Virus record (IMG/VR): IMGVR_UViG_3300037466_003648
Span: 32,001 to 96,000 of that record
DNA from: a virus
Taxonomy: Duplodnaviria > Caudoviricetes
DNA: 64,000 nucleotides
Strand: one strand, 5' to 3'
Part shown: positions 27,355 through 37,020 of the stretch, in pieces
Layout of the letters: every line of letters starts with the position of its first letter
Numbering within the stretch: the first letter of the stretch is position 1
The notes under the pieces: generated by a model
The model's database searches: none
Seen by the model: the letters and a program-made list of their open reading frames with translations, nothing else
What the model was told of the DNA's origin: nothing
Made by a program: the position numbers and the translations under genes

Positions 27355-28427
27355 GCATGTCTACCACCCCCAACACCACGGCGCTGACCACCCGCTCGGC
27401 CGTCGGCTGGACGGGTGAGCATGCTCGCGTGCGTGTCAAGCAGTACTACGAGGCGACCGGTTTCTTCCCGGAGACGGCCGGTAAGCCCTGGTGGAACGAC
27501 TACACCCGTGCGATGGCCGACCGCCATGGCATCGTGCTTCCGCCCTACCAGGTCGTGCTCACGACCGGCGGGTTGCTGCAACTCAAGAACACCATCCTCG
27601 CAGAAGTGGCCGCGATGCCCCGTGTCGAAGACGAAGTGCTCGCGACCACGACGGCACCGCTCGTGACCGATGCCAGCGTGCCGATTGCCCCGTGCGGGAT
27701 GGTTCACCGACAGAAGGCTATCGAGGCGTACGCGCACATCTCCGAGCGCATCCTGCGGGCGGTCGACCAGGAGCATCGCACGCTGTCAAGTGTGGCGGTC
27801 GAATTGAACGGAGAGGGCATGACAACCCGCACGGGCAGCAAGTTCACCTCCAAAACGATCGGCAACATCTACCGGCGCGCCAAGGGTCTGCCCTCCTATG
27901 AGCAGCTGTTGCTTGCCCGTGTTGGTACACCCCTGCCTACGCTCCCCGACGCCGTGCGCGAGCCGCAGGCGGTCGAGGCGGAGCTGGTCACGGACGACGA
28001 CACGCCGACGAGCATCTTGACCCAGGCGCCCGACTACTCGCACAGCCCACCGCAGATGATCGAAGACGAGCCCCCTGCGTCCCCAGCACCAGTGCTTTCT
28101 GGTCGTCTCGTCGAGGTGCCCGCCGACCAGTTGCAACAGGCGTTGGAACTGGCCTCTCAGGCAGCCGCGGCTCAGGCGAAGGTCGCCCAGTACGAAGCGG
28201 TGATCGCCCAGTACGACGAGAAGTCCAAGGCACTGCTCACCCAGGTCGAGCGCGCTCAGACCATCGTGCAGGAGAACGTCAACCTGCGTGTTCAGGTCCA
28301 GGATCTGAAAGATCAGCTCCAGCAGCTGGAGTTCCGTAACGCGCACTGGCTCAACACCAAGGAGTTGATCCAGGAAGCGTTGAAGAGTGCCCCTTACCCC
28401 CTCCCCCTCCAGAAGAAGGAGTCCTAG
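27351..28427 (+). CDS. protein with recombinase-family HTH-like segment and C-terminal coiled coil
   Basis: TLSSVAVELNGEGMTTRTGSKFTSKTIGNIYRR; AAGGAG RBS. Confidence 0.65.
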   Translation: MSMSTTPNTTALTTRSAVGWTGEHARVRVKQYYEATGFFPETAGKPWWNDYTRAMADRHGIVLPPYQVVLTTGGLLQLKNTILAEVAAMPRVEDEVLATTTAPLVTDASVPIAPCGMVHRQKAIEAYAHISERILRAVDQEHRTLSSVAVELNGEGMTTRTGSKFTSKTIGNIYRRAKGLPSYEQLLLARVGTPLPTLPDAVREPQAVEAELVTDDDTPTSILTQAPDYSHSPPQMIEDEPPASPAPVLSGRLVEVPADQLQQALELASQAAAAQAKVAQYEAVIAQYDEKSKALLTQVERAQTIVQENVNLRVQVQDLKDQLQQLEFRNAHWLNTKELIQEALKSAPYPLPLQKKES

Positions 28428-28429
28428 TC

Positions 28430-29299
28430 TTGCCCGAGTCTGCTATCGTTCTTGCCGACAGCATCAGCCCCAACGGTGTGCGTTTGACCACCTTGCAGGT
28501 CACCTTCGCGCGCATCGTGTTGGCGGAGGTCAACACGCACCGCCAGTTCACCCGCAGCTCGGCCAGCTCGCGAGCTATCCCCGTCGAGAAGATGATCCAG
28601 CGCTGCATCGACGACCCCTTCATCCCCGATGCGTTCGGTAAGAACCGGGCGGGCATGCAAGCCAGCGAGAACCTGAACGACCGGGACGCGCAGGTGGCCC
28701 AGCAGATCTGGCTTGAAGCGCGCGACCAAGCCGTGCGTTCGGCGAGGGCGCTGCTCAACACCGGTGTGCATAAACAGATCACCAACCGTCTGTTGGAGCC
28801 CTTCATGTGGCACACCGCGATCATCACCGCCACGGAGTTCTCCAACTTCTTCGCGCTGCGCTGTCACCCCGACGCCCAGCCCCAGATCCGGGCAGCAGCG
28901 GAGTTGATGCGTGAGGCGATGGCGAACTCGACACCCGTGCACGTCAACCATGGCGAGTGGCACTTGCCTTTGGTTAGTGGTGTCGATCTGCACGAGCTGT
29001 TGGCGGAGGGCTACGCGATGGAGCAGATCGTGCGCATCAGCGCCGGTCGCTGCGCGCGGGTCAGCTACCTCACCCACGACGGCAAGCGCGAGCCCGTCAA
29101 GGACATCGAGCTGTGCGACCGCCTGGTTACGAGCGGTCACATGTCTCCGTTGGAGCATGTCGCCACGCCGGGTGTCTTCCACAACAACGGGGAGACGAAC
29201 GAGCAGGTGCCTTTCATCGGCAACTTCAAGGGCTGGCTCCAGTTGCGCAAGACCATCCCCAACGAGCACGACTTCAGCCTGATCAAGTCGGCTGTGTAG
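28430..29299 (+). CDS. thyX: FAD-dependent thymidylate synthase
   Basis: RIVLAEVNTHRQFTRSSASSRAIP; EFSNFFALRC; HMSPLEH. Confidence 0.92.
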   Translation: MPESAIVLADSISPNGVRLTTLQVTFARIVLAEVNTHRQFTRSSASSRAIPVEKMIQRCIDDPFIPDAFGKNRAGMQASENLNDRDAQVAQQIWLEARDQAVRSARALLNTGVHKQITNRLLEPFMWHTAIITATEFSNFFALRCHPDAQPQIRAAAELMREAMANSTPVHVNHGEWHLPLVSGVDLHELLAEGYAMEQIVRISAGRCARVSYLTHDGKREPVKDIELCDRLVTSGHMSPLEHVATPGVFHNNGETNEQVPFIGNFKGWLQLRKTIPNEHDFSLIKSAV

Positions 29300-29327
29300 T
29301 AGGAGGCGCGGCTTCCGAGGAGTTCTT

Positions 29328-30353
29328 ATGGCCGCACACCTCTCGCGCACGGCGATCGCACTGACCCAGGTACCCACCCCCGACCAGCGTAGTCACATCA
29401 TGGCGACGCTGGACGTGGTGTTCCGTCAGGAGCTGGGCATCTACGTCAGCACGGAGATCAGCCGGATGGCGTGCCACCCCAACATCAACGTCGCGCTGAC
29501 CAAGGCGGGACGGGTGCCCTGGTCCTACGAGTTCACCATTTACAAGATGGGCTTGGAGATCAAGGGCATCTTCAGCCCGTTGTGGGAGCCCACCCAGGTA
29601 ACGGGTAAGCGCGGTGGTGTAAAGGTCGAGCACTTCCTGGTTGATTGGCTCGTCACGGTCTACACGGTCAGCTCCAGCTGGACGGACTTCACCCCGTCCG
29701 ACATGGCCTGGGCCAGCGGTTCGCTGCTGCGCCACATCGAATCCGATCGGCTCAAAGGCTTCGAGTTCGAGTTGACCACCGAGAAGGAGCGGGACGCGCA
29801 AGGTCGAGAGATCAGTGTCCCCCGCTACCGGATCAAGAAGGTGTTCCAGTTCCAGCTGGGGCACCTGCTGAAGGCCGACAGCGAAGAGCCGGACCCCGAC
29901 CTCCAGAACATCGACCACTGGATCTGGTCGCTGGGGTCGCGTGCTGACTCGTTCGTCGTGGACGACCTGATCGATGTCTCGCCCGAGGTGCAGCTCTTGC
30001 TGCCCAGCAAGTTCATGCTTCAGCATCGCACCCAGCGCGTGACCTACAAGGACACGAACGGCAAGGATGCCGAGGAGAACGTGGACTTCACCTTGGTCTG
30101 GATGAAAGACAACTTGACCACTTGGCGCAACAAGCTGTCCACCCCTTGTCCTTACGCTCACCAAGGGGGCTTCCACGACATGAACACCACGCTTACCGAG
30201 GCGATCCTGTTCTGGAATAACAAAGTGTTGGGCAACCGCGAGCTGTGTGCGGGTTGTACCAACGAGTTCACCTGTATGGCACGGGAGTACCGTGGCGGTG
30301 GTAGCAAGTTGGAGTACCCATTGCAACTTCTGGAGCCACCCTTGGCACAGTAG
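29328..30353 (+). CDS. hypothetical protein with C-terminal CX2CX5C motif
   Basis: GAGGAG RBS; LCAGCTNEFTCMAR. Confidence 0.7.
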   Translation: MAAHLSRTAIALTQVPTPDQRSHIMATLDVVFRQELGIYVSTEISRMACHPNINVALTKAGRVPWSYEFTIYKMGLEIKGIFSPLWEPTQVTGKRGGVKVEHFLVDWLVTVYTVSSSWTDFTPSDMAWASGSLLRHIESDRLKGFEFELTTEKERDAQGREISVPRYRIKKVFQFQLGHLLKADSEEPDPDLQNIDHWIWSLGSRADSFVVDDLIDVSPEVQLLLPSKFMLQHRTQRVTYKDTNGKDAEENVDFTLVWMKDNLTTWRNKLSTPCPYAHQGGFHDMNTTLTEAILFWNNKVLGNRELCAGCTNEFTCMAREYRGGGSKLEYPLQLLEPPLAQ

Positions 30354-30406
30354 GTCCCTTGTGGTAATGTAGGATCGTCACCCACCTCAGAGGGAGAAGC
30401 GATCCA

Positions 30407-30775
30407 ATGAGCCAGAAGAACAACAAGAAGACCTACAGCCCCGGCGATCCGAACTTCGACGCCTTCAAGTTCGGGCCGACGGCCCAGCCCCTGACTCCCA
30501 TGGTGTTCCACGGTGACTGCGTCTGCGGCCAGCGCATCTTCACCGTCAGCGGCTTCGGCATGGCCATCGACGTGCCCATCGGCATGGATCTGGTCTGTCG
30601 CTGCAAGTGCGGTCGCGAGTACTCTGCCAACCTGCAGAGCGCCGCGGCGCTGGAGAAGCTGAAGGCCCAGCAGGCCGGTCAGGCGCCTGCCGAAGGACAG
30701 CCCCCGGTGGACAGTGCGCCTGCTGCACCGGCCGAGGCTCCCGTCGACCCGCAGGCTGCGAACAAGACGATGTAG
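30407..30775 (+). CDS. hypothetical Zn-ribbon protein
   Basis: CVCG...CRCKCG; TAGGAT -10-like box upstream. Confidence 0.65.
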   Translation: MSQKNNKKTYSPGDPNFDAFKFGPTAQPLTPMVFHGDCVCGQRIFTVSGFGMAIDVPIGMDLVCRCKCGREYSANLQSAAALEKLKAQQAGQAPAEGQPPVDSAPAAPAEAPVDPQAANKTM

Positions 30776-30777
30776 CC

Positions 30778-31200
30778 ATGGCAGAGGGGCGGTGCCAAGC
30801 CTGCCCTCACGAAGGTAAACTGACCAAGCACCACATCATCCCCCGTAAGGTGGGTGGACCGGATCGGCGGTGGAACATCGCCTACCTGTGCATGGACTGT
30901 CACGCCCTCGTCGAGCGCTACTACTGGCGTCAGCTCTCTCGCCGTCAACCGCTGGCAGCACGCACGATCAAGGAGATCGCCAACGCCTTCAAGGCCAAGC
31001 GCATTCCCATCGAGTGTGTTGCCGAAGCGCAGAACCGGCAGCAGCGAGCCTGGCGCAAGATCCTGGAACGACCGGCCCCTTGGGTCGACTGGTACAAGGA
31101 AGCTTGCGCTTGGATCACAACGGTCGAGATCACCGAACACAAGCACGTCGCGGACGCCATCACGAGCAAGCCGTGGTGGCATGACAAGAAAGAGGCATAG
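30778..31200 (+). CDS. HNH endonuclease-like protein
   Basis: CQAC...HHIIP--VGG----NIAYLCMDCH. Confidence 0.8.
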   Translation: MAEGRCQACPHEGKLTKHHIIPRKVGGPDRRWNIAYLCMDCHALVERYYWRQLSRRQPLAARTIKEIANAFKAKRIPIECVAEAQNRQQRAWRKILERPAPWVDWYKEACAWITTVEITEHKHVADAITSKPWWHDKKEA

Positions 31201-31201
31201 C

Positions 31202-32326
31202 GTGGGACTCCTGGTACAAGCCGTCATCTTTGATCTGGATGACACCTTGATCGAGACGGCGGTCGTCTACCAGGCCACGCTGCGCGAGGCCATCGCCTTG
31301 TGCGCCTCGGCGGGGTTGGACATCAGCACCGCCCACGATGTGTTCCGGGACATCGAGATCGAGATGATCGACCAGTTGGGCTTCGCCAAGGAGCGCTACC
31401 CGCTCTCCTTGGCGCGGCTCGGCACGACGCTGGCCGAGCAACAGAACAAGACCCTCGACCCCGCGCTGGTCAAGCGCCTGGGGCAGCTGGGTTGGGACCT
31501 TTACGAGTTTGACCACGAGGTGAAGGTAGGTGCCGAGCGAGTGCTGCGTGTGCTGCGCTTCGCCGACTACCGGCTTATCCTGGTGACCAAGGGAGACGAA
31601 GAGATCCAGCGTGCCAAGCTGATCCGCAGTGGCCTGGCCGAACTCTTCCACGAAGTCTACGTGCTGGCCGACAAGACGCCCGAGACCTGGGCGGAGGTCG
31701 CCCGCGTCGCCGAACTGCGACCCCACGAGTGCTTCGTGATTGGCGACTCCGTGCGCAGCGACATCAACGCCTCGATCGCCGCGGGCTTCAACGCCATCCA
31801 TATTCCACCGCCCAGCGAGTGGTTCTTCGAGAAGGCCGAACCGCACGCCGCTGCAGTCGTGAAGACCCACCTCGACGATCTGTTGGACGTGTTCCGCGTG
31901 CAGCACCTGGTCCGTGCCGAATGGACCTATCGCAACCAGCCCGAGCGCGATCTCATGCGCGCCACCAACGACGACCGCATGACGATGGTGCAGCATCATC
32001 ATCTGCGCACCGTGATGCCGGACTGTCCGGGGTTGCCGTACCTGTTCTCTTTCGAGGAACCGAACGGCGCGCTGCGCGAGATCCACGCGGTGTTCCAGAA
32101 GAACTTCATCGCGTTGCCTGGTCTGGGCGAATCGCACCCGTCGGAACTACCAGGCGATGAGCTGACGCGGGTAGCCACGCGCTGGTTCGCCAGCAACACG
32201 TCGACCGAGGCGATTCAGAAGCATCGAGCCGACCTGCCGACCGCGCTCTGCAAGAAGTGCAGTAACCGGGACGAGTGCAAGCAGCGGATGATCCGCGCTG
32301 GCGTTCGCTCTGGAGCTACTCCTTGA
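31202..32326 (+). CDS. HAD-superfamily hydrolase with C-terminal extension
   Basis: IFDLDDTL, VTKGD, KTP, IGDS-RSDI; C-terminal CKKCSNRDEC. Confidence 0.85.
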   Translation: MGLLVQAVIFDLDDTLIETAVVYQATLREAIALCASAGLDISTAHDVFRDIEIEMIDQLGFAKERYPLSLARLGTTLAEQQNKTLDPALVKRLGQLGWDLYEFDHEVKVGAERVLRVLRFADYRLILVTKGDEEIQRAKLIRSGLAELFHEVYVLADKTPETWAEVARVAELRPHECFVIGDSVRSDINASIAAGFNAIHIPPPSEWFFEKAEPHAAAVVKTHLDDLLDVFRVQHLVRAEWTYRNQPERDLMRATNDDRMTMVQHHHLRTVMPDCPGLPYLFSFEEPNGALREIHAVFQKNFIALPGLGESHPSELPGDELTRVATRWFASNTSTEAIQKHRADLPTALCKKCSNRDECKQRMIRAGVRSGATP

Positions 32327-32351
32327 TCCCTGGCTACTCCTGTGTTATGCT
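32323..32351 (+). promoter_or_regulatory. sigma70-type promoter
   Basis: TTGATC-17-TATGCT with TG. Confidence 0.5.
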
Positions 32352-32387
32352 GGCGATGCTAGCCCTGCGATCCACAAGGAGCCTCCT

Positions 32388-32663
32388 GTGAAGACCGTCA
32401 ACAACACCACCGTCCTGGAAGCCGGAGACATCGACAAGGTCGAGTACCGCGCCGCTGCCAAGGCTGCTCTGCTCAACGGCGGCAGCGTGTCGATCCCGCA
32501 CCTGGGGCTGTCGCTCCACATGGTCAACACGACCACCGTGGAAGTCGTGGACCTCGCCAAGGGCGAACCCAAGCAGTACCCCGGCAAGACGGCCGAGGCG
32601 GTCATGGACTGCATCGCCAGCTACAAGACGACGGATCGGATCCTCGCCTTCCTGGGCGCCTAG
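32388..32663 (+). CDS. hypothetical protein
   Basis: AAGGAG RBS. Confidence 0.65.
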   Translation: MKTVNNTTVLEAGDIDKVEYRAAAKAALLNGGSVSIPHLGLSLHMVNTTTVEVVDLAKGEPKQYPGKTAEAVMDCIASYKTTDRILAFLGA

Positions 32664-32672
32664 GTCACGACC

Positions 32673-32972
32673 ATGAGCGACGCCGCAGAAGCTCTCTGGG
32701 TTGAAGTCGAAGGTGCCAACGGCACCGAGAACTACTTCGTCGACGAGACCTTCGAGTTGGAGTGGAGCGGCGTCGCTTACACCTACGCCGTGCTGGTGCG
32801 CGAAGAAGACTTCTCCGCATACGCCGAGGGCGAAGAGGTCATTCCAGACGTCCTGCGCTTCTCCGAGGACAAGCAGACTCTGGAGGAGATCGAGGACGAC
32901 GACGAGAAGGCATACGTCATCGACACCATCGACGCGTTCTACCGTGCCGATGCGGAGTCCTCGCCAAGCTAG
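32673..32972 (+). CDS. acidic hypothetical protein
   Basis: strong D/E bias, GC3 bias. Confidence 0.65.
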   Translation: MSDAAEALWVEVEGANGTENYFVDETFELEWSGVAYTYAVLVREEDFSAYAEGEEVIPDVLRFSEDKQTLEEIEDDDEKAYVIDTIDAFYRADAESSPS

Positions 32973-33041
32973 GGTGCCCAGACTTCACCGTCGCCCTCCC
33001 CTACGCTGGTGGTGAGCCCCTTCCAGCCTAGGAGGTCCGCC

Positions 33042-33272
33042 ATGTTCATCATCGTTGGGTCGCAGCTCGCCTACCGCCAGCTCCTCACGGTCGATCCTAA
33101 CAACATGGACCCTTCGGAGATGCTGAACCTGGTCGACCTGGCTCGCCAGGAAGCCCGGCGCTCTACCGATCCGGCCACCGCCGAACAGGTCGAGGCCAAG
33201 TGTCGCTCGATCGAGCTGGACGTCCATCTGACCTACACTCCGCCCAGCCTTGCCTTGGTCTGCTGCGAGTAA
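33042..33272 (+). CDS. hypothetical protein
   Basis: AGGAGG RBS. Confidence 0.6.
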   Translation: MFIIVGSQLAYRQLLTVDPNNMDPSEMLNLVDLARQEARRSTDPATAEQVEAKCRSIELDVHLTYTPPSLALVCCE

Positions 33273-33275
33273 GTC

Positions 33276-33593
33276 ATGCGGTCCATCCTGATCAAACGGT
33301 GCGAGGCTTGTGGGGAAACCCGCGGGCTGACCAAGCACCATGTCTATCCGAAGAGCCTGTCCGAAGTATGGGGGCACAAGGTCAAGCAGGTGATGGCACT
33401 GTTGTGCCGCACCTGCCACGACGTCGTGCACTACCGGGGAGGTCGTCGGGTAGCGCGGCTGCAAGGTAAGCACGAGTACGTGCGCCGCTTCTGTGACCCA
33501 CAGATGCAGGCGGTTATAGGATCGTACCGTTTGATCATTCGGCAGTTGGAGCGCGAGTCCCGCGCCCTGCACATCGGGGAGTTGTTGAACTAG
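33276..33593 (+). CDS. HNH-like protein
   Basis: CEAC...LTKHHVYP...LLCRTCHDVVH; similar to 30778. Confidence 0.7.
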   Translation: MRSILIKRCEACGETRGLTKHHVYPKSLSEVWGHKVKQVMALLCRTCHDVVHYRGGRRVARLQGKHEYVRRFCDPQMQAVIGSYRLIIRQLERESRALHIGELLN

Positions 33594-33620
33594 ACAACCT
33601 ACCCTTAACCCTTGTATGAT
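33591..33620 (+). promoter_or_regulatory. sigma70-type promoter
   Basis: TAGACA-18-TATGAT with TG. Confidence 0.55.
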
Positions 33621-33626
33621 AGGAGC

Positions 33627-34133
33627 ATGATGAAGAAGCTGATCCCCACCATCCTCGCCCTTGCCTTGATCGCGCTCCCTGCCAGCGCCGCGGAGCAACC
33701 TCTGCACCAGTACATCCGCACCCAGTGCGAACTGGAGTTCGGCTCCAAGGCAATCGCCAAGGAGAAGGCCGACTACTACGCGCCCCTGATCACGAAGTAC
33801 GCCACGCGCTATGGGCTGCCGCCCGAGGTCGTGGCCGCCGTCGTCTGGCACGAGAGCAACTTCCGCCCGCGCTGTACGTCCAGCTGCAATGCACAAGGCT
33901 TGATGCAGGTGATCCCGTTCGCCGGTCGGTTCCCCGCCGGGTCGGACCACTACGATCCCGATGTCAACTTGAATGCCGGGTGCAAGTTGCTCAAGGGTTA
34001 CCTGTTGGAGTTCCATGGCGACTGGCCGCGTGCCCTCGCCGCCTACAACTGGGGACCGGCCAACGTCTCTCGCGGTACCTACCGCCTCGACTACTCACGC
34101 GCGGTGTTGAAGAGCGCTGGTCACGCTCGTTAA
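33627..34133 (+). CDS. lytic transglycosylase (SLT) with signal peptide
   Basis: MMKKLIPTILALALIALPASAA; WHESNF, GLMQV, ALAAYNWG. Confidence 0.9.
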   Translation: MMKKLIPTILALALIALPASAAEQPLHQYIRTQCELEFGSKAIAKEKADYYAPLITKYATRYGLPPEVVAAVVWHESNFRPRCTSSCNAQGLMQVIPFAGRFPAGSDHYDPDVNLNAGCKLLKGYLLEFHGDWPRALAAYNWGPANVSRGTYRLDYSRAVLKSAGHAR

Positions 34134-34588
34134 GGTTTCTTCTTGGGCCAGGTCTTGCCTTCCGGCTCGCGACCCGTCTTGAGGTCCCACTTGAGCGGGT
34201 GGAGTTGGAAGTGCCGCTCCAGGTGGCGCAGGCCATCCTCGAAGTCGGGAGCCATCAAGACCGGTTCGGGGTCACCCGGCTGCGTCTCGGGGCAGGTCAT
34301 CGAGCGTACGTAGCAAGACGCCAACTCCTTTTGCTTCGTGCGCAGCTGCTCCAGTCGCCACTCCACGTACTTCGCGAGGTTCTCGTCCTCGGTGTACATT
34401 TCCCAGACCTGCTGCTTCTTCACCTCGAAGATGCGCAAGGTCAGGCGGGTGCCGAACTCCAGGACCAGCTCGCGCAGCGTGTGCATCTCGCCCAGTCCCA
34501 TCGTACGCGGCTGGACCGTGTAGCGTTGGGGCTTGGCGCCGCCAACGGGTTTCTTGTCATTGGGTTCACGGTCATGTGTCGCGGACAC
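34130..34588 (-). CDS. hypothetical protein
   Basis: GAGGAGG RBS before GTG34588. Confidence 0.65.
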   Translation of the reverse strand: MSATHDREPNDKKPVGGAKPQRYTVQPRTMGLGEMHTLRELVLEFGTRLTLRIFEVKKQQVWEMYTEDENLAKYVEWRLEQLRTKQKELASCYVRSMTCPETQPGDPEPVLMAPDFEDGLRHLERHFQLHPLKWDLKTGREPEGKTWPKKKP

Positions 34589-34607
34589 GAGAGACCTCCT
34601 CAAGCGA

Positions 34608-34639
34608 GATGGGCCGTCCCCATGGTGGGGCGGCCCATC
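34608..34639 (-). terminator. stem-loop between inverted-block genes
   Basis: GATGGGCCG...CGGCCCATC inverted repeat. Confidence 0.5.
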
Positions 34640-34657
34640 GTGCATCATCTGGGTGGC

Positions 34658-36184
34658 TTAGGTCCAGCTCATCTGGGTTGGGAGGTAGACCTCATCCGGC
34701 CGACGGTAGTAGTACTTGCCGCCCACCGCCGCGAAGTCGCCCTGGATCAGGACCGGCTCCGGCACCACGATGCCCGTCTCGGGCATGACGTGGAAGATCG
34801 CGAAGCCGCGGTCGCTCTTGTCGAAGCCGTCCGTGTACTCCGCGTTGCCCCGGCACGCCGAGGGCGTGATGGTCCAACTGTAGGGAGCCGGGGTACCCTT
34901 GTTGAGGACGCTGCCCGTGTAGAGCTGCTGCTTGTGGATGTGACCGCTGGTGCCCGGCATGCCGAACTTGTCGTTGCGGATGTGCATCGCCACAAAGCTG
35001 TCCCAGAACACCACCCAGTTGTTCTTGATCTCTTCCTGCTCGTCCGCCTTGTTGAAGGCGCCCAGGTCCCACTTGCAGTTGACGTTGATCTGCAGATCGC
35101 GAATGCCGAAGAAGTCCGCCCACGTCCAACCGTGGAAGTCGGCCAGCACGGACCCCGTGTAGGGGCTGGCGATCGCCATGTGCTTCTGTACGCGCCACTC
35201 GTGATTGCCCAGGTTCCAAACGATCTCGCTGTCCGGGCAGACCTCACGCGCCGCACGGAAGATCTTGTCCCGCAGGAAGAACATCGACTTCACGATCTCC
35301 GCGTTGCGCGGGTCGACCGTGTACTTGCTGAACTCGTAGCAGTCCGCCTGGTCGCCGTTGAACAGGACGACGTCGGGCTGCATGTCCCGAAGCACTTCCA
35401 GGAACACCCGGTAGACGAAGGGGTCCTGCATCCGGTCGTGGTTGTCGCTGATGTCAACGATTGTGTTGATGGCCGCCTTCGCCGCGCGGGGGTAGAGCAT
35501 CTGGATGGGCTCGATGTCCCGGCGGTAGTACTGACGGAAGTCATCGAGGCTTGCGTGCTTCGCGATCTGCTTCTCGATCATGTGCTGGCTGCGGTGCAGC
35601 TGCAGCCCCGCCTGCCGACGGAACTCCAGGAACGTACCGAAGTGACGGCTCCAGGTGGCCTCGGAGTACTTGCCCTGATGCTGGTACATCGTGCGGCTGA
35701 CGAAGGAGTACTTGTTCTCGCGCTGAACGCGGCGCAAGTCTTCCCGACAGTCGTCCGGCGTAGCATTCGGGTCGAACTTCTTGCCCTCTTCGCTCATGAG
35801 GGCCAGCTGGCGCTGCGTTGGCTTGGGTTCCTTGGGAGGCTTCTCCTCCGTCGAGGGATCCGTGGGCGGCTCCTGATCCAACTGCTGGTACACGGGTTGG
35901 CCGCCAGGAATGTCCAGCTTGGCGTAGTTACCACGCTTCGTCGCGGGCTCGCCTTCACGGGCGATCGGCTGACGGGTGCGCTCGCTTGCGGACTTGCGGT
36001 AGTCGGGATCGATGACCGCGCGCACCGCGTTGCGCTTGATACCCAGTGTATCCTGGATCTGGTTGATCGACTGACCCACCTTCCAGCGCTGGATGATCTC
36101 CACCCGTGTCGCACGGTCGAGCGCCGATCCGTTGGAGGGCTCCAGCTCCTCGTTCGAGACCGCAATGTGCCGGAACTGCAGCAT
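34658..36184 (-). CDS. calcineurin-like metallophosphoesterase with N-terminal HTH and homing-endonuclease-associated-repeat-like segment
   Basis: SDNH, NGDQAD, GNHE and GHIH motifs; GGAGG RBS before ATG36184. Confidence 0.85.
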   Translation of the reverse strand: MLQFRHIAVSNEELEPSNGSALDRATRVEIIQRWKVGQSINQIQDTLGIKRNAVRAVIDPDYRKSASERTRQPIAREGEPATKRGNYAKLDIPGGQPVYQQLDQEPPTDPSTEEKPPKEPKPTQRQLALMSEEGKKFDPNATPDDCREDLRRVQRENKYSFVSRTMYQHQGKYSEATWSRHFGTFLEFRRQAGLQLHRSQHMIEKQIAKHASLDDFRQYYRRDIEPIQMLYPRAAKAAINTIVDISDNHDRMQDPFVYRVFLEVLRDMQPDVVLFNGDQADCYEFSKYTVDPRNAEIVKSMFFLRDKIFRAAREVCPDSEIVWNLGNHEWRVQKHMAIASPYTGSVLADFHGWTWADFFGIRDLQINVNCKWDLGAFNKADEQEEIKNNWVVFWDSFVAMHIRNDKFGMPGTSGHIHKQQLYTGSVLNKGTPAPYSWTITPSACRGNAEYTDGFDKSDRGFAIFHVMPETGIVVPEPVLIQGDFAAVGGKYYYRRPDEVYLPTQMSWT

Positions 36185-36300
36185 GTTCAACCTCCTGGAA
36201 CCACGCCTTATCACAGGCCATGCTCCCAGGACAGATCCACCAAAAACTGCGCAAGCCTAGGTGGGTTGGGACGGTTGGGGTAGTTGGTCGGGCTGTTGCC

Positions 36301-36585
36301 CTACCTGGAGTGGAACACGCTGGCGAACACGGAGGCCAGGTGACACGCACGGCGCAGGTCCACCAACATGACCCAGCCTCCATCGAACTCGTGGAACGTG
36401 AAGGTGAACAACTCCGCTGGAGACGCAAGCTTCTCGATGACGATGTCGCGTGCTCGGTCCCAGCTCATGCTCTTGGTGATCGGGATGGCAAACACGAAGC
36501 CGTTGTCTACCGCTTCCGGTGGGTAGAGCTGGCGCACCAAGGGCTGCAACCGTGCGACCAGCTCGTCAGAGTAGGGCAACTCCAC
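36301..36585 (-). CDS. hypothetical protein
   Basis: ORF in minus-strand operon. Confidence 0.55.
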   Translation of the reverse strand: MELPYSDELVARLQPLVRQLYPPEAVDNGFVFAIPITKSMSWDRARDIVIEKLASPAELFTFTFHEFDGGWVMLVDLRRACHLASVFASVFHSR

Positions 36586-36588
36586 GGA

Positions 36589-36834
36589 CTACCCCTTCAC
36601 CTGATTGGGCACCACGAACGCGTGCTCGAAGCCGAGCTTCGCGATGTAATTGCCGTACGCCATGAGCCCGTTCACCTCTACCAACCCGGCCTCGCCGTGC
36701 ATCTGATGGTACAGTCGTCCCATGGCGTCGACCCCCAACACCAGCACCGTACGACTGGGCGGCAGGGCCAGGTTGACTTGTTGAGGCGCGTTCGTCGCCT
36801 CGTTCTTCGGCTTCCGTTCCTTGCTACGTGACAT
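36589..36834 (-). CDS. hypothetical protein
   Basis: AGGAGG RBS before ATG36834. Confidence 0.65.
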   Translation of the reverse strand: MSRSKERKPKNEATNAPQQVNLALPPSRTVLVLGVDAMGRLYHQMHGEAGLVEVNGLMAYGNYIAKLGFEHAFVVPNQVKG

Positions 36835-36949
36835 AACAACTTCCTCCTGTGGGTCGTCTTGCATGACGGACCTCAGTCTACCAGATCCAACAGCCCCAGG
36901 GAACACGGCAGTACATCTTACTCACCCAGGCAACCGTAAGAATTAACTG

Positions 36950-36979
36950 TTGACACTTCTACATTAACCAATGTAAAGT
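36950..36979 (+). promoter_or_regulatory. sigma70-type promoter in AT-rich divergent region
   Basis: TTGACA-18-TAAAGT with TG. Confidence 0.65.
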
Positions 36980-37020
36980 GAACTCCAGTTGTTCCCTATC
37001 CGCTATGGAGGTACCCTCGA

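Noticed and set aside
27351-28427. Functional serine integrase or prophage boundary
   Set aside because: Only an HTH-like segment is present, with no catalytic resolvase domain, no att sites and no host genes
15198-29299. Uracil- or hypermodified-base genome
   Set aside because: An intact UDG, ThyX and dCMP deaminase point to ordinary thymine DNA; no base-modification cluster in the window
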